Source of the DNA: a virus
DNA: 64,000 nt
Virus record (IMG/VR): IMGVR_UViG_3300026484_000110
Reading direction: 5' to 3' (one strand)
Positions 1 through 10,150 of this stretch are shown one piece after another. The notes under the pieces were generated by a model. The model was not told where the DNA came from. It saw nothing but the letters and a program-made list of their open reading frames with translations, and searched no databases. The stretch's first letter is position 1. Every line of letters starts with the position of its first letter. A program made the position numbers and the translations under genes.

Positions 1-33
1 TTAATAAATCACTATTATATTAAGGAGGAAATT

Positions 34-642
34 ATGGAAAGTATTATACCAATGGACCTATTAGCAGAAATCGCAGCAAATAAAGCACAATTGAAAATAC
101 CTACTAAATTTACAGTTAATGATTTAACTAACGTATTTAACGAAATAGGTAATGAAGTAGGAATTGAGATAAAATCTACTACAACATCTGGTAGAGTAAT
201 TTACAGTGCCTGGAATCGTGAGTATATTGAAACTAGAAAAGACTTTACATTAGAGAGTGCTTTTGAATTGGCTAAAACAATCTATGGAGACTACTTTACA
301 GATTTCGATACCGAACCATTATGGCATCTAAGATTTTGGGATGTTATGCAAAAATTCGTAAGGACATTATTACGTAACACAAGATTTCTAACGAAAAAAC
401 AGAAAGATTACTTAAACAGAAGTTTATGCAATGTACGAATAATAGATGATTTACTGGGTGCTGCAACATGCAGAGAAAATAAAGTCATTGAAGATGAAGT
501 TATAACTAACATTTTGACAATAGATGTTTTGGAAACTGTAACAAAAGAATTGGGTTATGAATGCAATTATGAAGTATTGAAAGAAGACAATGAATACATC
601 CCAAAATACTTACGTAAATTTAAAGTTAGAATAGTTGGGTAA
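34..642 (+). CDS. hypothetical protein (202 aa)
   Basis: ORF with AAGGAGG RBS; no recognisable motif. Confidence 0.8.
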   Translation: MESIIPMDLLAEIAANKAQLKIPTKFTVNDLTNVFNEIGNEVGIEIKSTTTSGRVIYSAWNREYIETRKDFTLESAFELAKTIYGDYFTDFDTEPLWHLRFWDVMQKFVRTLLRNTRFLTKKQKDYLNRSLCNVRIIDDLLGAATCRENKVIEDEVITNILTIDVLETVTKELGYECNYEVLKEDNEYIPKYLRKFKVRIVG

Positions 643-682
643 CCAACTATTCTTTTTTTCTTTTTTACTATATGGGTTTGAA

Positions 683-692
683 TTCCATGAAA
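683..692 (+). promoter_or_regulatory. candidate late-promoter motif TTCCATGAAA
   Basis: Identical 10-mer lies 22 nt before this ATG and 21 nt before the terL ATG (19898-19907, minus strand). Confidence 0.35.
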
Positions 693-714
693 AGCACTAC
701 ATAAGGAGAATAAG

Positions 715-3700
715 ATGGATTTAAGATTTAAAGAATGGTATAGAAAATACGGTACTAGGAAAATGACTGACTTTGTCACTCCGAAATTGATTAATTTAGA
801 TAATATTTTCTACCCTAGAAATACTATTATACATTTTTATAATATGGATAGTAACATTTTCCCAACAACAAATATTTCGTATTTAAGAAATATTAAAAAA
901 GGAATAGTTACAAACTTAGTAGATTATAATAAACCAGTATTTGATGTTAAAAAGAAAACAGTATCGGAAACTACATTTAATAATAATCTAAAAAGAAGAT
1001 TTACGGATTTTAAAATTGTACCACCTAGTAAATTAAACAAACAAATAGAAAACAATCATAGTCTAATTAGGAAATATAATATAATTTACAATTATAGTTT
1101 TATAAATCAATTCTATAGGTATAAAAACTTATATTTAGACGAATACTATAAATTTAGAAATATAGGTAACACAATATTTTCGAATATAATAAACATTAAC
1201 AATATGAATTTTAAACCTAGTGAACAACCTAATCACTTTGTAATAATGAATTTACCATCTACATTTTATAGTAGACAAATCTTATTAAAATACATACATC
1301 AAAAATGGACTAATAGACAGTTATTAAATCTATTTTTCGATTATAACAGATTGAACATTTTAGAACTATTTAAAGCAATAATTAAAGAATTTAAAATAGA
1401 AACTAAATATGACCTAATAAGGAAAAAAAGAGATTTGGACAGTGTGAATATTCTATTTGTCCTTGAAGATAAAGGTATTATAATAAATTTAGGGATTTTA
1501 TTCAGCATGCTTAAAACATATCCCGAACTAGATTACAATACAAAAGTAGAACCTGATAAAATGTTTAAATTATTACACTATATGTTACATGCGATGTATG
1601 TATTACCTGGTTTTACCGTAGATGAGATTGAAACAGGTAAACATGAAGAAAAAATAAAAGATATACTAAATATAAAAGAAAAAACTAATTTATCAAACAT
1701 AGTAGATAATGAAGATAATAGTAAAGTATATCTGGTAGAGGAAATCGATGATAATACAGTAATAGACGATGAAAAGGAAATAGATAAGATAATAGAAAAA
1801 GATGAAGAAACCGAATTAGACATAGATGAAGAGATAAAGACTATTCCCAAATACAAACATATAAAAGAAATGCTCACTACTGATGATAATCCTGCTACTG
1901 ATGTAGATAAAACATTAGAAGCTATAGCAAAGGACATGGATTTAGATAATAAAAAATTAACGAAGATAAAGAAACAATTTGAAGAAGTCTTAAATACTCC
2001 TTCGCCGTTTGGTGATGAAAATACTATAAAAGACTTACTAGAAATAAGTGAACATGAAATAGAAATAAAGAGTGAAGAAAAGAAATTACCAAATGTAAAA
2101 GTAGCATTCGATAAAAAGATGCTAGAAGACCCTATTACAACTATAGATAAAAAATATATAAAACATGTTTATAAAAAAGATATCACTAGGACTGTGTTCA
2201 GTCTACAAAGAGCAGGTATGCTAGTTAAAGATTATAAAGTGGAAAAAGAAGATTCTATATTAGGAGAATATGAAATACATGAAATTACTTTTACAGATAT
2301 TAAAAAAGGTACTCATAAAGTTAAATTAAAACTACCTACAATAAACGAAGACGGTGTTTATAGTATGTCTGGTAACAGATATTTATTACGAAAAAGTAGA
2401 CAAGATCTGCCTATTAAAAAAATTGCTTTTAATAGAGTAAGTCTGTCGAGTGCATATGGTAAACTATTTATAGATAAAGCACCTCTTAAAAAATACGATA
2501 TAGGTTTTAGTATTAAAAAACAATTGACTAAAATGCTAGATAATAATAAAATTAGAAACTTAGTTTTAGGTAACGAAATTCCGCCTGATTTAAAGTTACC
2601 CATAGAATATACATGGTTTATGAGATATATAAAATCTTTTAGACTAAATAACATATTTTTTAATTTCGATTATGAAAATAGAGAGAAGATAGTAATAGAG
2701 AAAGGTCTAAAATTAGAAGATATTGAAAAGGATGGTTATGTTATCTGCGGTACAATAGATAACGACATATTAGTAATAGATAAAGATAATGTACTATACA
2801 GGTATAAAAATAAAAAGTATATTAAAATAGGTAAACTGATTGATGTTGTAGGTTTGGATAAAAAGAAACTAACTAGAGATTATTCAATGGTAAAGATTTA
2901 TAAAAATTATACACCAGTAGTATTTATGCTAATGTTTTACTTAGGATTAGACAATATGTTTAAAATACTAAATATAGACTATGTGAAATATGAAGGTAAT
3001 AAACAAAATAAAGATGAAAATACAATTGTATTTAAAACCAAATTCAGTACCTATTTCGTTAAACCAAAAAATGAAAAAGAAATGATGTTATTAAAAGGAT
3101 TAACACATTGGAAAAAAGAATGTAAAAGTTATCCAGATAATGTATTTAACGATAAAGATTTGATGCTAAGCTTTTTCAGAGATTTAAAAATACCTTTAAA
3201 TGTAATTACTGAAATAGAGTTATTAGATAATCTTTTTATAGATCCAGTTACAGCAAATACATTAAAACAAATGAAAGAACCTACTACGTTTACTGGTTTA
3301 TTATTAAGAGCTAATGAATTGCTGGCTGATGATAATTATATACATCCACAGAGTTTAAAAGGTTATGTTATCAAAGGTTATGAAAGAATTCCTCAGATGG
3401 TATATAACAAAATGGTAGAAGCTATAAGAAATAAAAAGAATGAAGAATTCTTTGGTAGAAATAGATTAGTATTTGATCCTTATAGTGTATGGAGAATACT
3501 AAATGAAGATAGTGCTAGTGTATTAGAAGACGACTTAAATCCTATAATATATCTAAAACAAAAAGAAGATGTCACTTATACTGGTTTTCTAGGTAGAAAA
3601 AAGGAATCAATGAGTAAGAGTACTAGAGAATTGCATCCTGATGATGTAGGCGTAATCTCTGAAGGTCATAAAGATAGTGGTGATGTCGGTATTTCGGCAT

Positions 3701-3832
3701 ACTTATCCGCTAATCCAATAATAAAAAATTTAAGAGGAATGAAAGGTGAAGAAAAAGAATTAAGTTTTAGTAACATTTTAAGTACCTCTGCATTATTAGC
3801 ACCATTTAGTACAACAGATGACTCAAAGAGGT
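715..3832 (+). CDS. rpoB: virion RNA polymerase beta subunit, N-terminal part (phiKZ gp178-like), exon 1
   Basis: beta-like motifs (PDDVGVISEG, GDVGISAYL, DDSKR matching bacterial beta HDDANR); frame broken by a group I intron; spliced product 1406 aa. Confidence 0.88.
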
Positions 3833-4182
3833 TAACTTTAGCCTCACTAGTTGGAAACAACTAGGAAAATTAAGGCGGTTAATTCGGGGGAACTCCTAAT
3901 CTAATAAAAGAGGTGATTTTGGTTAGGACAATCCCGAGCCAAGCTCCTATCTGGTTACGACTGGATAGGTAGAAGGTGTAACGACTATCCCGTGAGGGAG
4001 TAGGGTGCAAGCCACTGGCACTCGAAAAGCCGCCCACCCTAACGTAAAGTCGAGGGTGAAGATATAGTCTGGTCTCTATGGTAACATAGAGCAGAAGTTA
4101 ATGATTATGGGTATAAAGAAAAGTTTTATATCCATAACATTAACTTCGGGTATAGGAGTGGCGTCCTATACTGAACACATCG
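3833..4182 (+). ncRNA. group I self-splicing intron, 350 nt, no ORF
   Basis: P1 GAGGU/GCCUC with U.G at the splice site; P3 GGCGGUU/AGCCGCC; Q AAUCCCGAGC; R GUAACGACUAUC; S AAGAUAUAGUCU; terminal G4182; removal restores DDSKR-L-NFINIQNSH. Confidence 0.93.
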
Positions 4183-5285
4183 TAAATTTTATAAATATCC
4201 AAAATTCACACGTAATACCCATGAAAAATGCTACAGTTTATCCTGTAAGGACTGGTTACGACTCTGTATTAGCTTATAGATTACCTAAAAAGTTTATAGG
4301 ATTTGCTATTGATGATGGTATAGTAGAAACAGCTAGTAAAAATAAAATAATAGTTAATTACAAAAATAAAGGTAAGAAAACTTATATATTTAAAGATTGG
4401 AATAGTAAAGAAGAATCAAATAGTAGTTTTATACACAGAATGAAATCTAATGTTGTAAAAGGGCAAACAGTTAAACATGGAGATGTTTTATATTACGATA
4501 GTAGTTTCTTCGAACCTGATTTCTTCGATAAAACAAAAGTAACTTATAAACCATATCTTACAGTAACAACAGCTTTAATGGAAATAAATGAAACATTTGA
4601 AGATAGTAGTGCTATATCTAAAAAGATAGCTGATCTAGCAGAAATAGAACAAGTTAAAAGCAAATCAGTAATTTTAGATTGTACAGATGAAATTAGTAAT
4701 GTATTAAAAATAGGAGATAAAGTAAATCCTAACACCGCATTAATGACGATAGGTACTAGTATACTGGATGAAACTGGTAAATTATCAGAAGAGGCTTTAG
4801 ATATTTTACAAGGATTTATAAAGACTACTCCTAAAGCTAAAGTAAAAGGTGAAATAATAGATGTAAAAGTATTTTACCATTGTGAAAAAGAAAACATGAG
4901 TGAGTCAATAAGAGAAATAGTAGAATATGCTGAGAAATTTTTAGTAGATAAAAATACTGGTAAAAAATATACTGGTAAGGTAGATAGTAGTTATAGTATA
5001 AAAGGAAAACCTCTAGATCCAGGTAAAATAGAAATTAAATATTACTTTAGATTAGGATCTAAAATGGTAACAGGTGATAAAGCTATTTTTGGTAACCAGT
5101 TAAAAACTACAGTAGGTGAAATATTTAATTATCCGATTGTATCTGACTCTGGTAAAGAAATAGATGCATTATTTAGTGCTAGAGCAATTTACGCTAGGAT
5201 AGTTAACAGTCCTAGTCTAATGGGTACTACTGCTAGATTATTAAGAGAAATCAGTAAAAAAGCTGCTGATATGTATCTGGGATGA
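4183..5285 (+). CDS. rpoB: virion RNA polymerase beta subunit, N-terminal part, exon 2
   Basis: NFINIQNSHV, VRTGYD, FEDSSAIS, GDKAIFGNQLKTTV (beta GDK motif); in frame with exon 1 after splicing. Confidence 0.88.
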
Positions 5286-5343
5286 TTTTCCCAGATACAA
5301 ATATTAGTTTCGTTGAAATAATACGATAAATAAGGAGTAATTA

Positions 5344-6858
5344 ATGGATAGACAGGTAAACAATAAAAAAATAAAAACGTTAATGAAAGAAATTATTATC
5401 CTAACATTAAAAAGAATAGCTGTTGAGGATGATGATTTTAAAAAAGTATTGACTGGAATGGATAATAACGTACTAAAAGATTATGTAGACACTAAAGTAG
5501 AGACTAGAATAAAAGAAATGTTACAAGAATGTGCTGAGAAAAATCCAGCATGTACTGGGACTATAAAGACAATGTTAAATAGTATATTTAGTACTGTTAA
5601 ACTAGAGTCGGTAGATAATGATAACTTTATGCCATTGATACCAGATGTAGATAGTAATCTAATAGAAATGATTGCAAAAAAGATGCTAAACGAAATTTAT
5701 CTATATAGAAAGTTTAATGGTGGATTAAAAGCTTATATAGCTAGTTTAAAAAACCTATTAAACAGTAGTGAAACAATAAATCCTAATGAAATGTTTAAAA
5801 TTACATTTTTGGATAAATTATACTATTTCGATATACTAAAAGAATTTGATAAGTTAAGTCCTACTATTTATAAATTTGATCCTAATAAAGTAGTTACATT
5901 AAATTATGCAGATTTAGACATTGTAAGTTTACCAGATTTGATAGCTAATAACAAAATAGAAATAAATATGGCTATTGAAGATATGATAACACAATTGGAA
6001 GATAGTGAAGAAATTGTATCAAAAGCAATTGATATTTTAACATTACCTACAGCAACAGATATTTATAATAAAATAACAAAATTAAAAATAAAAGATGTAT
6101 ATGTATTAACAGTAGTACAGATTATTTTGGATAACCTATTCGATTTAACAAGTGATAAAAATTTACCTATGTTAAGAGAGGCATTAGGTGGTTTACTAAC
6201 TGAAGTAAATAATCGTCTAAAATATTTTATAGATAGAATAGAAAACTTTATGAATAACAAGATAGTAGTATCTGGTGTAAACATATTAGATAAGTACAAT
6301 TATGAAATTGTAGTAACAAAACCAGTATGGTCTGAATTAAAAAATGAACATCCTGAAGTAAATCTGAATACGCTATATGGATTAGCATTAACAATTGCTA
6401 GTGAGAATCCTGGTACTACTGAAATAGTAAGATATGTTAAAGGAGACGATTTAATAATAAATAAAGAAACATATGATAATGCTATTACTAAATTTATAGA
6501 CATGTTAACATTGAGAAATAAACAAAAAGAAAAAACCAAATTAGCTAGCATGTACTTAATACCAAAACATTTACTACCAAACGGTAAAGCTAACGATGGT
6601 TTATTAACAGAAATTATAACTAATCTGACAGACGAATTAAGTTTATCAACATTATCCGATATAAACGCTACAGCTAAATCAATCATAACTGAATATGCTA
6701 TTAAAACAAATAATACAGGTTATGTATGGTTTTTATGGGGACTAGAGGATATACAAAAACTATTAGGTAAAACTGATATTGATCCAGATGAAGGATATTT
6801 TCTAGGTAGTATAGAAACTCTACTTAGATGGTTAACAAATCAAATTAGAATAGTATAG
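5344..6858 (+). CDS. hypothetical protein (504 aa)
   Basis: Long ORF with AAGGAG RBS; no beta' motifs recognised. Confidence 0.8.
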   Translation: MDRQVNNKKIKTLMKEIIILTLKRIAVEDDDFKKVLTGMDNNVLKDYVDTKVETRIKEMLQECAEKNPACTGTIKTMLNSIFSTVKLESVDNDNFMPLIPDVDSNLIEMIAKKMLNEIYLYRKFNGGLKAYIASLKNLLNSSETINPNEMFKITFLDKLYYFDILKEFDKLSPTIYKFDPNKVVTLNYADLDIVSLPDLIANNKIEINMAIEDMITQLEDSEEIVSKAIDILTLPTATDIYNKITKLKIKDVYVLTVVQIILDNLFDLTSDKNLPMLREALGGLLTEVNNRLKYFIDRIENFMNNKIVVSGVNILDKYNYEIVVTKPVWSELKNEHPEVNLNTLYGLALTIASENPGTTEIVRYVKGDDLIINKETYDNAITKFIDMLTLRNKQKEKTKLASMYLIPKHLLPNGKANDGLLTEIITNLTDELSLSTLSDINATAKSIITEYAIKTNNTGYVWFLWGLEDIQKLLGKTDIDPDEGYFLGSIETLLRWLTNQIRIV

Positions 6859-6879
6859 AGAGTATTGACTCTCTATACT
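6852..6879 (+). terminator. intrinsic terminator overlapping stop codon
   Basis: AGTATAGAGAGT/ACTCTCTATACT stem followed by T-rich tract. Confidence 0.75.
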
Positions 6880-6899
6880 GATTTTATTCTTTTTTTATC

Positions 6900-6912
6900 T
6901 ATATATTATTAA
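6900..6912 (+). promoter_or_regulatory. phage early promoter motif
   Basis: TATATATTATTAA after a T-tract; resembles phiKZ early TATATTAC. Confidence 0.7.
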
Positions 6913-6958
6913 AACGAGAATCTAAGGATTTTACTAAAAACTAAAAAAGGAGTTCAAA

Positions 6959-8820
6959 ATGGAAAAACTAACATTCTGCTTAAAGTAAATAGATGCAACT
7001 TTCTAAAAGTCACTGTACGCTCACCTAGCGATTTCCTAGACGTGCTAAATAAACTAATAACAACATTACCTAATGGAAAGTTTAATACCGATCTAGAGCT
7101 ATCACTAACTACCCATACCAGTGACTGCGATTATCTAATAAAAGATTTAAATACCTCAGAATTAGCAGTTTTTGATAAAAATGGTAAAAAGGTAATGACT
7201 ATATCTAAAACAAAATATCCGAAATTTGCTAATTGGATAAAATGGGAAAGACCACAGTTTGAACTTTATGAAACAACAACGGAAACAAAACAACCAGATT
7301 TAAACAACAATTCCCAAGAAATTATTGTAAAAAATGAATTTTTAAATAGTCTAGAAGATATATTAAAAGAAACAAACAAAAGCATTTGTTTAACTTCTGA
7401 AGGTGAATTATGTTTTACGGACAAAGAAGACCAGATGGATTATATACCAATACCTGTTAGAAATCAACTGTTAAAAATGGATTATGAAGAATTCAAAAGA
7501 CAGGTAGAATATATTAGAACAGAAATAGCAAGAACAAGTAAAAGCAGAAAATACACTGTTTATCTAAAGACAATAAAAGATTATTATCTAAGATTTATTA
7601 TTAAAGCTAAATCATTAAACTACTGCCTATTGAATATTTCTGACTACTTAGCGTATAAACGTAAAGATGATGATTTTTTAGCAATTGATTTAATATCAAA
7701 ATTACCACTTAACGCAGAATATCTTCTAAAAGAAACTGAAAAACGTGATTTTATTCTGTATAGAATAAACCCTGAATTTGATTCTAACAGTAAAGGAATA
7801 AAAATTATTGAATCCGATACTGGAAAAAGAATTGGTATAAAAACTACAGAAGATTGGTGGAATAATCTTAAAGAATTAAAAGAAACATTATACGAAGAAG
7901 GAGTAAAAATGAATTTCAAAAATAAGGACGAAGCAATCGACAAACTCTATAAAGTATTAAGAGATACAAATACATTTCTAGATTTGGACTTAGAGGATTG
8001 TAAAATAGGCGCTAGGATAAACAATCATGGAAATATGGACCATTATATATCTGGTAATTTTGCAAACTTCTTTGTAACATTGAACAATGAACAAGCTATA
8101 AAATTAGTGGAGACTATAATTCCTATAATTCAACGTGAGTTTGATCCAGAGCATACTGTTACAACTAACGTATGTCTAGTTACAAGCGTATTGCCTGATT
8201 TAAATTACTGTTATGAGCAACCTAACAACAAGGAATTACCAGAAATGGAAAATTTAATACTTTCAGAAATTAAAGTAAAAGACGGATACAAATATGAAAC
8301 TTACGTGTCCCACGATGGAAAAAGAAAATTTATAGCAAAATACAAATTAGAAGAGTTTAAAGAAATAGAAACCAACATAACAAACATTTACAGTAAATTT
8401 AAAGAAAATAAAAAACTAACTAATGAAGAGAACGGATATGTGATCCAATACATCGAAAACAAAATTTCGAATAAAAAATCAATAAGTAATGAAGAAATGA
8501 GACTATTTATAATTGCTATTTATTCTAGAATTTGCTGGATATTAAATGCAGTAAAGACATTTCCTGATCTATCTTCTAAACTAGATGAGGTGTTTGATAC
8601 AGTAAATGAATACTTAAATACTGCCAAAAAAGTAGGTTACCTAAAAGATTTCCATACGGTTCTATTTAATGGGATTGAACTTTATATGGCAGACGAGAGT
8701 AAAGAAGACCATATGAACTTGGTAGATGATTTACATTTAGTATTTACTATGTTACTATCAAAGCTTACTGTGGCAACAACCGAAGAATATCAAAAATCAA
8801 ATACAGTACCAGAGGGATAA
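6959..8820 (+). CDS. hypothetical early protein; probable true start 6959 with a 1-nt frameshift (track ORF 7042..8820)
   Basis: RBS AAGGAG before ATG6959; that frame stops after 9 codons while the long frame is already open; GTG7042 has no RBS. Confidence 0.65.
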
Positions 8821-8835
8821 ACTATCCCTCTGGTA
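8807..8835 (+). terminator. intrinsic terminator
   Basis: 13-bp stem TACCAGAGGGATA/TATCCCTCTGGTA plus T tract. Confidence 0.8.
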
Positions 8836-8861
8836 TTTCTTTTTTCCAATCTTTTTTTAAG

Positions 8862-8874
8862 TATATATTATTAA
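8862..8874 (+). promoter_or_regulatory. phage early promoter motif
   Basis: TATATATTATTAA upstream of nvRNAP beta'. Confidence 0.7.
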
Positions 8875-8935
8875 TTTGGTCTAGGTAGTTTCTAGACTAA
8901 TTGTGATCACAATTATTCTACTAAAAGGAGGCCCA

Positions 8936-10150
8936 ATGCCTGTTGTACAACGTATAAAAAATCTGGACGAATACTTTCACGCTACAGAAAGAAAGTTGTT
9001 GCTGAATAATTTTAGTCTTTTAGAGACTAATCCAGAAGACCTAGTAAAACTCCTCTATACTAAATACGAGGATGAAATCACATTAATACCACAATGTGAG
9101 TGTGGTAATTATAAAGGAGCTTATCTATTAGGTAAAGTGTGTCCTAAATGCAATACCACAGTAATCAAGACGTTTGATGAAATTAAACCATTACTCTGGA
9201 TTGAACAATTTAGAGATGATTTACCATTTTTAAATCCTCACTTTTGGACACAGATGCGGTATCTATTATCCAGAAAAATAGATTGCGTAAGATGGTTAGG
9301 TGATACATCATACAATCCACCAGGAGTACCTGCATTTATGCAAACTATTAAAGAATTAATAGGAGGTAGAGGATATAAAAATCTAATTTCCAATATAGAA
9401 AAGATTTTACTATACGTAGCCAATAATAGTCTTTTCAGAGCTAATGGTAAAGATGTTAAAGCTAAAAAGCTATTAAAAGAATATCAGGAGAATAAAGATA
9501 AACTGTTTTCCAGTTATCTACCACTGATAAATAAAAGACTATTTGTAATGGAAGTCACTAATAAGGGTAATTATACTACATCCATGTTAGCCGATACAAT
9601 AGACATAGCATTATTTGCTATCAAGTTAGCTAATCTGGATAAAAACAGTAAAAAGGTAGAAAACGGTACAGCTACCCTAATAGCTAATTTAAGTAACTTA
9701 TTTAACAAGTATGTAAAAGAAAAATTAGCTGGTAAAAAAGGTATGGTAAGAAAACATATTTATGGTAGTAGATCCCATTTTACATTCAGAGCAGTAATTA
9801 CGTCATTACCATCTACTGCTGACTATGATGAATTATGGGTACCGTGGACAATAGGAGTAACAGCATTTAGACCGCATCTGTTAAACAAACTGTTAAAAAG
9901 AGGATTTACCTATAAGAAAGCTAGTAGACTGTTATTTAATTCAGTAAACAAGTATGATCCACTAATAGACGAGCTCTTAATCGAATTAATAAAAGAGAGT
10001 CCTTATAAAGGAATACCTATATTGTTTAACAGAAATCCAAGCCTTCTTCAAGGTTCAATTCAGCTACAATATATAACCAAATTCAAAAAGGATGTTAGAG
10101 ATAAAACTATCAGCGTAAGTATGCTAGTAATAAAGGCGCCAAACGGTGAT
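8936..10150 (+). CDS. rpoC: non-virion RNA polymerase beta' subunit, N-terminal part (phiKZ gp55-like), exon 1
   Basis: AGGAGG RBS; zinc finger CECG..CPKC; RKHIYGSRSHFTFRAVI; NRNPSL; ends in NGD of the catalytic motif; spliced product 481 aa. Confidence 0.9.

Noticed and set aside
3833-3864. C-terminal TLASLVGNN of track ORF 715..3864
   Set aside because: Read-through into the intron P1/P2, not part of the mature protein.
4101-4182. N-terminus MIMGIKK... of track ORF 4101..5285
   Set aside because: It is intron sequence with no RBS; the coding part starts at 4183 after splicing.
5344-6858. Virion RNAP beta' subunit, expected from phiKZ synteny
   Set aside because: No zinc finger, NRxPxL or DFDGD motif.
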